Source: Scyliorhinus canicula (lineage: Eukaryota). Taken from it: a stretch of DNA of 64,000 nucleotides. Where the stretch lies: the NCBI RefSeq assembly GCF_902713615.1, contig NW_024055491.1, positions 186,001 through 250,000 of the forward strand. Reading direction: 5' to 3'. The translations under genes were made by a program, and so were the position numbers. The notes below the pieces were generated by a model that saw only the letters and a program-made list of their open reading frames with translations, had not been told where the DNA came from and did no database searches. Every line of letters begins with the position of its first letter. Within the stretch, counting starts at the first letter, position 1. This document shows, in pieces, positions 47,501 to 59,893 of this stretch.

Positions 47501-50500
47501 CAATCAGGTAATCGGGTTACTCTTTTGTTTGTTTCTTTCATATCTCCGAATCTTTATCAATGACGTTAAACTGAATGCAATCTGTTATCGTCAATAGGAA
47601 CAGGATGGCATGGTGGTGCAGTGGGCAGCACTGCTGCCTCACAGCACCGTGAATCTCGATTCGATCTCCGCCCTGAGTCGCTCCGCTTTGGAGTTGCACG
47701 TGCACCCTGTGTCTAGGTGGAGATCCACGGGTCCAAAATTGTGCAGGATAGGGGAATTGGACACGTTAAAGTGCCCCTTAATTGGAAAAGAATATTTGAT
47801 GTGATTGTTTTCAGCCAATATAAATGTTGCACAGTTCGGACAGACAGAATTAGTTACAAGGCAAAGGGAGTTTTTAATAAATATCAGTTTAATTTCAAAG
47901 AGGTTATTTTTGTTGTCTAAAGTTGACCACTTATCAATTAGAATAAAGCAGTGTGAATAATTTATCGTCTCGTAATTCAGGGACTGTGCTTTGATTTATT
48001 TCTTCAAAAACGTGTATCTGTGAGGATTGCGAAAATTTGACATTATGTTAGTTAAGCCGCCTCTGAACTGAGATCCTTACCCCAGATTGTGACAGTCATA
48101 ATGAACAACTCAGCAACACCAGACAAGGGTGGCATGGTGGTGCAGTGTTTAGCACTGCCGCCTCCCAGGGCTGAGGACCCGCATTCGATCCGAGCCCTGG
48201 GTCACTGTCTGTGTGGACTTTGCATATTCTCCCCATGTCTGCGCGTGCCTCACCCCCACAACCCAAAGCTGTTCAGAGTAGTTGGTTTGGCGACGCTAAA
48301 CTGCCCCTTCATGAAAACAGGAAGAATTGGGTACTCTAAATTGATAGAAGAAGAAACTCAATACAGACTGGAGGAGATGTGGGTACATTTTAACCACTGA
48401 TGTATCTAGTTTTGGAATGTTAGACGACGCAATGCAGATGGAGCTTTATTCTATTTTATTCAGTGCTGCACCAGTCCTTGACCTATTTACTGGGGCTGTG
48501 GAAAGGGGGCAATTAGTCTGAATATTAATGATCATCTTATTCAGGAACTGTAGAGTCTGTGGTATGACTAACATTTGTTGTCTCTGCTTAATTGCCCATT
48601 GAGAAAGTGATGACTTGAATAATTCTTGAATAACTGTAGTACATATGGCGCAGGTACACCCGCAGTGTTGTGATGGAGTGTGTTCCAGGATTTTGACCAA
48701 ACGAGAGTGAAGGAACGGCAGTATAGTTTCCAGTTAGGGTGGATAGTGTGTGGCAGGGAAGGGCACAACCAATTGCTGGTGCTCCCATGCATCTGGTGTT
48801 CCTGTCGTTCTGCAACATAGAACATACAGTGCAGAAGGAGGCCATTCGGCCCATCGAGTCTGCACCGACCCACTTTAGCTCTCAGTTCCACCCTATCCCC
48901 GGAACCCAATAACCCTTCCTGAACTTTCTCGTCACTAAGGGCATTTATCATGGCCAATCCACCTAACCTGCACATCTTTGGACTGTGGGAGGAAACAGGA
49001 GCATCCGGACGAAACCCACGCAGCCAGGGAGAGAACGTGCAGACTCCACACAGACAGTGACCCAGAATGCAATCCAGTTGTGACCCTGGCGCTGTGAAGC
49101 CAGAATGCTATCCACTTGTTCTATCGTGCTGCCTCGGCGGTAGGTGGTTGTCATTGCAATTTGGAAGGTGCTTTCGATGGAGTCTTGGAAAGTTGCTGCA
49201 GTTCATCTTGTACATCATAGACACAGTTGCCACTGCTTGTCGGTGATGGGGGAGTGAATTTTTAAGACGGTGAATGGGGGCTAATTTGGCGGGACGCTTT
49301 GTCCTCGACCGTGTTGAATTTCTTGAGTTTTTTTAGAATTTCACTCAGTGCAGCAAGTTCCAAATCTTCAATCACAGACCTGACGTGTAGGTGGTGACGT
49401 TCCTTTAGGTGATAATGTTAAAGATCGGAGGTGCGGTGGCACAGGGGTTAGTACTGCCGCCTCAGTGTTAGAGACCCGTGTTCGATTCAGACCTCGGGTG
49501 GAGATTGCACATTCTTCCAGTGTTTGTGTGGGCTTCTTCCGGGTGCTGCACTTTCCTCTTACAATCTAAAGATATGCATGCTATATGGATTGGACATGCT
49601 AAATTGTTCCAAGGTGGAGCTACGGGGATAGGGTGAGAAATTGTGTCTAGGTAGTGTGATCTCTCAGAGGGTCGGTGCAGGCTCAATGGGCCGAATGCCT
49701 CCTTCTGCGCTGGAGGGAGTCCATGTTGCATTTTGTATCAAACCAATGTCGTGTCTCCATTCTTGCAGTAAGAGACAGGAACTTTTGTGGGATGGGGTGG
49801 AAATTTTACTCTATATCTTAACGTGGCCTGTACCTGACATGAGAGCCTTTCCCCGCAGAGGTCAAGTAGGCGGAACATCGAACTAACGATCTGGAGTTAT
49901 CCAATCAGATATCGGGAAATAAATTGTTCCATTGCTGGGTGAAATTACGCGCATTTTAACAATCTTTCTTATTTAACAATAAGTCAGTGGACGACATTTT
50001 GATAACGATAATCTTTATTATTGTCACAAGCAGGCTTACATTAAAACTGCAATGAAGTTACCGTGAAAACCCCCTGGTTGCCAAAATACGGCGCCTGTTC
50101 GGGTACACTGATAGAAAATTCAGAATGTCCAATTCACGTCATAGCATGTCTTTGGACTGTGGGAGGAAACCGGAGCACCCGGAGGAAACCCACGCAGACA
50201 CGGAGAGAAGGTGCAGACTCCGCGCAGTGAGCCAAGCCAGGGAACCTCGGACCCTGGAGCTGTGAAGCAACCATACGACCGTGCCGCAGCTGCCAAAGAC
50301 CGAAATGATTCTCCAACTCATGTTCTGCAAGCCGGATTATGCTCACCGTGAGAGTGGATGCGAGTATGTGTGGAGTGTGCGGGTGAATGAGACTATGGAA
50401 ACTGGGAGTGAGCCATCCTGACACACACACACACATTACACTCTCTCACCCGCAAACACACACACACACTCATACTCTGACATATTCTCCCTTACACACA

Positions 50501-53500
50501 CTCACTCATCCTAACACAGTTACATTCTCACTATTAGACATTCCCTCCCTCACGCACCCCCGCACAGACTATGAATTACACCTGTGCTTCTGTCTCTCAC
50601 ACGCACTCTCTCTCAAAACACAAACATGTAATCACGTTCTCCCATACACTCACATGGTGACGGAGAAAGCACAGACGCACATACTCACACTCTCTTACAA
50701 ACAGACACACTCACAAATTCACCTTTTTACCGACACATTTTCTCTCTCACTCTCTCTCTCTCACACACACTACCCGTCTCTCACAGACTCTCTGCTAGGC
50801 ACATGCCCTCTTCATATAAAATACATCCTCTCACGTGCTCTCTCTCCCACATGCACACTCTCAGGGACAAACGCACACAATTTATCTGTCTTTCATCCGC
50901 CCGCTCTCTCCCACACTCTATCACACACACATTCGGTCTCTCTCACACACTTACTCGGACACACTCTCACACAAAGGGTCTCTCTCACACAACATCCCTC
51001 ACATAAACAGTATCTCGCTCACACTCTCCCTACCACACACACGTTCCCTTAAACACTCTCTCACATGCATACTCTCCCTACCACGCAAACACATACAGAC
51101 AGACTCAGATCCACTCCTACTCTCTCCCCCAGAGACACATACTGACTTACAGACGGACGCTATCTCACTCCCTCATACCGTTCTTTATCACAAAGTGCTG
51201 CTGATTGTGAATTACACATCTCAGTTAGCTGGATTGTGACGTACACATCTCAGTTAGCTGGATTGTGACGTACACATCTCAGTTAGCTGGATTGTGACGT
51301 ACACAGCTCAGTTTGCTGAATTGTGACGTACACAGCTCAGTTAGCTGGATTGTGACGTACACAGCTCGGTTAGCTGGATTGTAACGTACACAGCTCAGTT
51401 AGTTAGATTGTGACGTACACACAACCCAGTCAGCTGGATTGTGACGTACACATCTCAGTTAGCTGGATTGTGACGTACACATCTCAGTTAGCTGGATTGT
51501 GACGTACACAGCTCAGTTTGCTGAATTGTGACGTACACAGCTCAGTTCGCTGGATTGTGACGTACACAGCTCGGTTAGCTGGATTGTAACGTACACAGCT
51601 CAGTTAGTTAGATTGTGACGTACACACAACCCAGTCAGCTGGATTGTGACGTACACACAACCCAGTTAGCTGGATTGTGACGTACACAGCTCAGTTAGCT
51701 GGACGGCTGGTTCGTGATGAGGAACGATCCCAACAGCGCGTGTTCGATTATTGTACCAGCTGACCTTATTCATAAAGGCCCCCATTCTCAACCTTGCCAC
51801 TCACCTCAGGTATAGTGACCCTCAGGTTAAAGCACCACTAGTCAGCTCTCAAAAGGAGAGCGCAGTCTCCGTGACTACGGCACCATTTGCATTGTTGAAA
51901 TAATGGGGAAACCTCCTGCTTCTCTCTTTCATTTTCACTTTAATAAACGTTACACCATTCATATGGCACCAAACTGCCATTTTTTATCCTGTGGGAGAGC
52001 AGGAGTAAGAGATGTGAGCTCCGAGTGAGGAGGCAAAGAGGTATGAATCTCAAATGAGAGACTAATAGAAGCTTAAATGTCCATGTAACTTTTAATGGGG
52101 AAATGTTAGCATAAACGCATAGCTTGAGGCACATTTTGAAATGTTTGGTTACTTAAACTCAAATATTGAGTCTAACTTGTTGAATGGGCCATTCTCTCCC
52201 AGCGACACCGTCTCCGCCCACTCTCTACAGCCTGGTCTCCTCCTGTCAACAACACAACATCGACGGCTCCGTGACCTACGGCTGTTTGGCGATGGACTAC
52301 TCCCCAGAAATCACCAGCCTCACCTGGAAGAAAGATGGGCAGCCGATCACCATTGGAGTTAAGAAATATCCGTCAGTGAGAAACAAGAAGGGAACCTACA
52401 CCCTGAGCAGCCAGTTAACCATCACCGAGTCAGAGGGGGAATGCAGCAAAATCAGCTGTGAGGTTCGACACAGCGGCTCAGACAAGAGCATTGAAATGCG
52501 TAAGTGTTGTCGAACCTGTGAAAACAGAAACGCTGTGATTACTTTATTTATAACTTTGGTTATGACACATTTATGGAACACTGCACAGTTTGGATTCCAG
52601 AAAATAATATTGTGCGCGGAGTAACTGTGAAAAAATAATAAGTCAGTTTATGTGTTACAACATCTTCTGCAATAATGTCTAACTTATGGTCTTTGAAGTT
52701 CCTAGAAATGACATCCATCCACATGTTCTCCTCACCGTGAGTCCCAATGAAGAAATCACAAGACAGAAATTTGCAACCATCATCTGTTCAATCATCGATT
52801 TCCAGCCAAAATCAATGACGGTGAAGTGGCTGAAGAATGGACAACCCATGGGTTCAGGAATTGTCACCTCTCCCGCCTGTGAAGTGAACGGGAACTTCTC
52901 GGCGAGCAGTCGGCTGACAGTCTCCGCTGGGGAATGGTTCAGCAAAGCAGTCTATACCTGCCAGGTCACTCATCAAGGGGTCACCCAAAGTCTCAACATC
53001 GCCTCGTCTGGTAAGAGACACAGACAGGGGAAACTATAGATCATCCTGCATTCTGATGTTAATCAACGCCAGAAATGTATTGAAGTTAATGCAAAGCACA
53101 GAACAATTTCTAATTTATTGCCATGTACTTTGTGATTCATTCTGATGTAAGAGCTGCATTGGACTTGCTCACCATTCAAGGTTTTATCAGAACAGCAAAG
53201 AATACTTCCCTCTACTTTGAAGACCTTTAGTGAGTGAGGTGGACTTGATATCAGCTTTATCCTGAGTCAGCGGATTAGAACATAGAACATTACAGCGACC
53301 TCGATGTTGCACCGACCTGTGAAACCACTCTAAAGCCCATCTACGCTATTCCCTTAACATCCATATGTTGATCCAATGACCATTTAAATACCATTAATGT
53401 TGGCGAGTCCACTACTGTTGCAGACGGGGCATTCCACGCCCTTACTACTCCCTGAGTAAAGAACCTACCTCTGACATCTGTCCTATATCTCTCTCCCCTC

Positions 53501-56500
53501 AATTTAAAGCTATGTCCCCTCGTGCTAGACATCTCCATCCGAGGAAAAAGGCTCTCACTGTCCACCCTATCTAATCCTCTGATCATCTTGTATGCCTCAA
53601 TTAAGTCACCTCTCAACCTTCTTCTCTCTAACGAAAACAGCCGCAAGTCCCTCATCGTCCCTCAAAAGATCTTCCCTCCATACCAGGCAACATCCTGGTA
53701 AATCTCCTCTGCACCCTTTCCAATGCTTCCACATCGTTCCTATAATGCGGTGACCAGAACTGCATGCAGTACTCCAAATGCGGCCGCACCAGAGTTATGT
53801 ACAACTGAAATGAAAAAAGTGAAAATCGGTTATTGTCACGAGTAGGCTTCAAATGAAGTTACTGTGAAAAGCCCCTAGTCGCCACATTCCGGCGCCTGTT
53901 CTGGGAGGCTGTTATGGGAATCGAACCGTGCTTCTGGCTTGCTTTGGTCTGCTTTCAAAGCCAGCGATTAGCCCAGTGAGCTTAACAGCCCCTGCAACTG
54001 CAACGTGACCCCATGGCTCCGAAACCCAATCCCTCTACCAATAAAAGCTAACACACCGTACGCCTTCTTAACAACCCTCTCAACCTAGGTGGCAACTTTC
54101 AGGGATCTATGTACATGGACACAGAGATCTCTCTGCTCATCCTCACTACCAAGAACCTTGGATTTGAGAGGCAGCAGGTGTCTGGAACGCTTTACTGCTA
54201 ACAGCTCCGGTGGAAAGTGTTGGAAAGTTCATCCAACCTATTTATAAATCAGCCTTCATTACTTCATTCCAGAGATCAGGAACAGTGTATTCGGCATTGG
54301 GTATACTGCAATGCAGTTGTTAGAAGGATTCCAGGGCTGAACGACTTTGACAATGAGAATAGCGATTAGCACTGCTACCTCTTAGCGCCACGACCCCGGT
54401 TTCGATTTTGGTTTTGGCTGACTGCCTGTAAGGAGTTTCTACATTCTCCCCGAGTCTGCTTGGGTTTCCTCCCGGTACTCCGGTTTCCTCCCACAGTCCA
54501 AAGCTGGGCAGGTAAGGTAGATTGGCCGTGCACAATTGTCCCTTAGAGTCTAACGGTTCCGTGGGGTCATAGGGTTATGGGGAAGGGCGGGGGAGTGGTT
54601 GTTGGTAGGGTGCTCTTTCGAGGGTCGGTGCAGACTCGATGGACCGATTGGTGCACTTCTTCACGGTAGTGATTCTGAAATGAAAATGAAAATCGCTTAT
54701 TGTCACGAGTAGGCTTCAATGAAGTTACTGTGAAAAGCCCCTAGTCGCCACATTCCGGCGCCTGTCCGGGGAGGCTGGTACGGGAATCGAACCGTGCTGC
54801 TGACCTGCTTGGTCTGCTTTAAAAGCCAGCGATTTAGCCTTGTGAGCTTGTGAGCTAAACCAGCCCCTATTCTATAATAGGTTTCACAGACACGCTGCTT
54901 ACCACTGTACAAAGAACAAAGAAAAGTACAGCAAAGTCCTCCACGCCTGCGCCGCTCAATGTGCCCTATCTAAAAAGAACCCTCTGTCCTTACTCGGTTC
55001 ATATCCCTCTATTTACTCCCTATTCATGTATCCATCCAGATAGTTCTTAAATGTTGCTAATGTGCCGGGTTCCACCACATCCTTTGGCAGTGCATACCAG
55101 ACATCCACCACTCTCTGTGCGATAAAACCTATCCGCACATCTCCCGTAAACTTTCCCTCTCTCATCTTTAACCTGTGGCCCCTTGTAATTGACACTCCAT
55201 CCTTGAAAAAAGCCTCTGACAGCAAACCTGCCTAATTCTCTCATAATTTTGTAGACCTCTATCCGGTGTCCCCTCAGCCTCCGTCTTGGCAGTAAAAGCA
55301 TTCCTAGTTTTTTTCAAATGCTCCTCATAGCCAACACCTTCAAGAGCAGGCAACACCCTGGTGAACCTTCTTTGCACTCTCTCCAAAGCTTCCACGTTCT
55401 TCTGATAATGTCGTGACCAGAACTGCATGCAATACTCCAAATGCAGCCGAACCAAACTTTTATATAGATGCAACATGATTTCCCAACTCCTGCACTCAAT
55501 GCCCTGGCTGATGAAGGGAAGCATGCCATTTGCCTTCATAATCACCGTGGCCACCTACTAGAGAACTGTGGACCTGCATGCCAAGGTCCCTTTGTATGTT
55601 AATGGTCCAAGCGTTCTGCCATTTACGGTATAATTCATAACCACATATGATCTTCCAAAATGCATCACCTCACATTTGACCGGATTAAACTCCGGCTGCT
55701 ATTTCTGTGCCCAAGTCTCCAATCTATCTGTCCCACTTATACCCTCTGACCACCCTCGGAACAATCGGCAATTCCATCAATTTCGTGTCATCCGCAAACT
55801 TGTTAACAGACCACCCACATTTCTCTCCAGATCTTTGATCTCTGCTGAACACCACTAGTTACAGATATCCATTCAGAAAAAAAACCCTTCCACCATTACT
55901 CTGTGTCTTCTATAACAAAGCCAGTTCTGTTCATCGACGATCTTTCGAGGTTGTTATTTCGAACTTGATTCATTCCCATTTAGAGAGTAAAGGTTGAATA
56001 CCACTGTCCTGATTCTGAAGATGAAACGTGGGTTGATTTTCATGTTTTCATTCACAGATCCTTCCGGTTGCACTACCGCCTCAGTAACAATACTGTCACC
56101 ACCAATAGAACAGGTCTTACTGGAGACGACTGTAACCATAACCTGCGTCATTTCGAATGCTCCTTATGGAGTCAACGTGTCCTGGAGTGAAGCGAAGAAG
56201 CCGCTGAAATCAGAGATTGCCGACCAGCCTGGGGCAGATACTGAGAGCGTGGTCAGCAAATTAAACATCTCGACACAAGCCTGGCTAAGTGGGGCTGTGT
56301 TTGACTGTGTGGCGAGACATCAGGACCTGCCAACTCCTTTGAGTAATTCGATCCATAAGAAAATAGGTGAGCGTTGAGATTAAAGCAATAAGTGAGCCAT
56401 TGTGTCTATTTCTAGTGTCAGTGCAACGGTCAATATTTCGCATTCAGTGTATTTCTGATCTACTTTGATTGATAATTCCACTAACTAAACAATCTGGAGT

Positions 56501-59500
56501 GGCAGACGATAAGGTGGAAAATAATATGCAGACGACTGAACAGTGAATTGAAGGCGGTGATATTGGGTTTAGATGGAGCAAGGCCATCGACTAGAAGATG
56601 TAAGAGCAGATCAAGGCCATTGGGTCCATTGAGACTGGCTGGCATTCAGCGAGACCGTGACTGATCTCAGGCAATCCTCAATTCCACTTTCCTGCCTTAA
56701 CCCCATATCCCTTTATTTCCTTACTGATTCAAAATCCATCTATCTCAGCCTTGAACACACTGAACGATGCAATTCCTACACCTTTCGCACCACAGAATTC
56801 CACAGATACGCTGCCAACCGAGAAAAAAAATTCCTCCTCATGTCTGCCTTAAATGGCGATGCCTTCATTTAAGATTAAATCCTCAGGTCCAAGAATCTTC
56901 CACAAGGGATAGGAACCTTTCGGCATTTACCCTGTCAAACCGTCTGAGAATGATTTATGTCGCAATTAGGTCGCCTTCATTTTTCTAATATCCAGTGAGT
57001 ATAGGCCCAATCTACTCAGCCACTCTTCATAAGAAAATCCATACCCGGGATCAACATCATGAACATTCTCTGGACTGCTTCGAAAACCAATATGTCATCC
57101 TTCCCAAAGTGTTCAAAGAACATCAGGTGTGATTTTGCTGGTGCACTGTGTAGTTTTATCAACACTTCGCTATTTTTATATAGCATTCCCTTCAAAATAA
57201 AGCTCAACATTCAATGCACCTTCCCTGTTACCCAACAACTTGCATGCTAGCTTTTTGCGATGGCTGCAGGGGGATGACAAATCCTTCTTCGGTACAGTTT
57301 TCTGCTGCCTTTCTCCATCTAAATAACATTCAGCTCCTTTATTCCTCCTGTTGAAGGAGGTATAATCTCACATTTTCCTACATCATGTTCCTTTTGGTAA
57401 ATTTCCCCCCAATCACTTAATCTGACTATCCCTGTGTAGATTACCTGTGTCATTCTCGCCACTTGCTTTCCTTATTTTAAAAAATATTTTCAGTAAAGGG
57501 CGTTTTGCATACAAATATAAAAATCATAGAAAACATCACAATAACATTATGATAGAAATAACTCCAAGGGTGACATGGTGGCGCAGTGGTTAGCACGGCT
57601 TTCTCATGGTGTAGAGGATCTGGATTTGATCCTGGACCCGGGTCACTGTCCGTGTGGATTTTGCGCATTCTCCCTGCGTCTGCGTGAGTTTCACCCCCAC
57701 AACCCCAAGGTTGCAGGGTAGGTGGGTTGACCACGCTATACTGGCCCTTAATTGTAAGAAATTAAAAGATGGAAAAAACTCCCCCCAGGTACAATAAACA
57801 CCCCAGATCTACCATATTCCCTAACACCCATCCCACCAATCTACCCGCCCCTTCAATTTTTGCCCCCACCCCCACCCCCGCACAACGAGAACGACCCCTA
57901 ACTCTCCTCCGGCTGAAACTTTAATTCACCATGAAGAAATAATAAATGCCTTCCACACCGGGTGAACCCCTGTTCCGCTTCACGTAAGGCGAACTTTATC
58001 TTCTCCAAATGCAGGAAATCTGCCAGCTTGCTCAACCACATCCCCATCTATGGCAGCGGTCAGAATCGCCAGCTGAGCAAAATCCGTCCCCGGGCTATCA
58101 GGGAGGCAAATGCCAAGGTGGGCCACTCATTCTTCGTCCACCGCAGCAAAAAAACGGCTCATCCTCGTGACCCTCATGTGGGGGTTGTGCACCACCTTAA
58201 ATTGGATGAGGCTCAACCTGCACACGACGAGGATGCGTTCACCCTCCTGAAGGTACCTTCCATGCCCCGGACCGCACCCCCTCACCAACCCCTCCTACCA
58301 TTTGCGCTTGATCTTCTCCTCCAGAACGGCCTCTATGTCTATCAGCTCTTCATACATGTTGGACGCTCCCCTCTCCAATATTATCCTCAGTCAGCAGCTT
58401 ATCGTGCAACACCGGAGGTGGCAGCTCTGGGAAGGACCACACCTCGCTCCTCCCACCGGAACCCCCCCCCCTCTGCCCCCCCCCCCCCGCCCCACCGCCA
58501 CCACCACCACCTTACCTGCAAGTATCTGAACCCATTTCTCTTAGGCAATCCGTATACTTAATCGATTACCTCCAGTCCTGAAAACCTACCCCCTGCAAAC
58601 GTGGCAATAGTACATTAACTTATCAAACGCTGTTTCGAAATTAATGTATATTATATCTACTGGCTCCGCTTTCTCTAGGCTGCTTGTTATCACCTCAATT
58701 AATTGCAATCAATTTGTTGAGAATGATTTCCCCTTCATAATAATAATACCCAGTAGGCTTCACTGAAGTTACTGTGAAAAGCCCTTAGTCGCCACATTCC
58801 GGCGGCTGTTCAGAGAGGCCGGTAATAAATTGAACACGCTCCGGTGGCATTGATGGGCATTATAAACCAGTTGTTTAGCCCTCTGTGCTAAACCATCCTC
58901 GGCACTATCAGCAACTCTGCCAATTTTGTGTCAGGAAACCGTGCTGACTCCATTTGATGATATTGTGTATTTCTAAATGCTGTGCTATTACATCGTTATA
59001 ATGGACACTAAGGGATTGCCACTGACAGATGTTAATGTCAGTGGCCTACAGTTACATGCTCTTGACTCCCTTTTGGAATCAATCAGGGTGTTCCATTGGC
59101 AGTTTTACAATCCTCTGGGAGTAATGTGGTGGCGGCGATGGCGGGGGAGGGGGGGGGGGTGGCGTAGGGGCGGGCGGGGTTCCGGTGTGTGGAGCTGATA
59201 CACCAGCACAGGACAGTGGGTCCGAATGGCCTGTTCCCCTGCTATACACTTTCTGAAACTTTCTGTTCCAGTCCGTAAATTCTCAGGGAAAAGGATTGTG
59301 TCCACCTCTGCTCCGAGCTGGGAAACCGGACAGATCCCAAAGTGGGAAATGGAAACCTTTAAAATCCAACACAAAACACATTTCTCCCACATCTAACCCG
59401 CGGTTCCATTGTCTCCGGAATTCCCCATTTTATTGACATTTATTGTACATTTCTGCAGATCCCAACCCGCGGGAACCGTCCGTCTCTGTCCTCCTGCCCT

Positions 59501-59829
59501 CGGCTGAAGACGTCTCCGCTCAGAGATTCGTCTCCCTCAGCTGCTTAGTGAGAGGTTTCTCCCCCCGAGAGATCTTCGTCAAGTGGACCGTCAATGACAA
59601 GCCGGTGAATCCCGGGAACTACAAGAACACCGAGGTGATGGCGGAGAACGGCAATAGCTCCTTCTTCATGTACAGCCTGTTATCCATTGCAGCGGAGGAG
59701 TGGGCCAGCGGCGCTTCTTACTCCTGTGTGGTGGGACATGAAGCCATCCCCTTGAAGATCATCAGCAGAACGGTTAATAAATTCAGCGGTAAACTGAGTT
59801 TTTTAAGCGTTTCCCTTGGCTCTAATTGA
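41529..59829 (+). CDS. IGHM: IgM heavy chain, secretory form, with pre-joined VDJ: join(41529-41574, 41701-42060, 52203-52499, 52699-53010, 56058-56366, 59459-59829); 1695 nt, 564 aa + stop
   Basis: All introns are GT..AG phase 1 and all exons are open. The domains have the conserved Cys/Trp pattern and elasmobranch mu-type motifs ([19 protein letters not shown]; [20 protein letters not shown]). Confidence 0.9.
41701..42060 (+). CDS. Joined VH-D-JH exon
   Basis: [73 protein letters not shown], then GTAAGC donor; no intervening RSS. Confidence 0.95.
44268..45430 (-). mobile_element. CR1-like LINE 3' portion (RT and C-terminal region)
   Basis: [25 protein letters not shown] and [28 protein letters not shown]. 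Confidence 0.9.
45430..45930. mobile_element. Adjacent, oppositely oriented HE1-like SINE copies
   Basis: Minus-strand full copy at about 45430-45775, followed by a plus-strand 3' half. Confidence 0.65.
50420..51180. repeat. Low-complexity (CA)/(CT)-rich tract
   Basis: Degenerate ACAC/CTCT runs; explains the H/T/L/S-rich ORF at 50387-51052. Confidence 0.9.
51204..51702 (+). repeat. 29-bp minisatellite, 17 units, with a 7-unit higher-order repeat
   Basis: Unit ATTGTGACGTACACA(T/G)CTCAGTTAGCTGG; units 2-8 approximately equal units 9-15. It runs directly into a SINE-like sequence at 51703-51870. Confidence 0.95.
52203..52499 (+). CDS. Cmu1 exon
   Basis: [42 protein letters not shown]; acceptor CCCAG, donor GTAAGT. 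Confidence 0.95.
52699..53010 (+). CDS. Cmu2 exon
   Basis: ..[33 protein letters not shown]..; acceptor TTTGAAG (the only nearby phase-compatible AG), donor GTAAGA. Confidence 0.9.
53280..54150 (-). mobile_element. CR1 3' fragment interrupted by a SINE (53808-53994, flanked by CAACTG repeats)
   Basis: ORFs 53341-53655 and 53652-53852 are CR1 C-terminal; CAACTG at 53802-53807 and 53995-54000. Confidence 0.8.
54900..55900 (-). mobile_element. Degenerate CR1 3' fragment
   Basis: [30 protein letters not shown] in ORF 55168-55554. Confidence 0.8.
56058..56366 (+). CDS. Cmu3 exon
   Basis: [52 protein letters not shown]; acceptor CACAG, donor GTGAGC. Confidence 0.95.
59459..59829 (+). CDS. Cmu4 exon plus truncated secretory tailpiece (membrane-form donor at 59789)
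   Basis: [67 protein letters not shown]. Confidence 0.95.
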
Positions 59830-59887
59830 CACCGTTAATTAATGTAAATGAGAAACTATTGGTTATACTTCGAACTACAATAGAAAG

Positions 59888-59893
59888 AATAAA
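59888..59893 (+). terminator. Polyadenylation signal for the secretory mu transcript
   Basis: AATAAA about 60 nt after the stop codon. Confidence 0.6.

Noticed and set aside
50387-51239. 221-aa and 134-aa His/Thr/Leu/Ser-rich ORFs
   Set aside because: Translation of a CA/CT low-complexity tract.
51204-51702. 29-bp repeats as a CRISPR array
   Set aside because: Units are contiguous with no unique spacers, there are no cas genes, and the context is a vertebrate genome.
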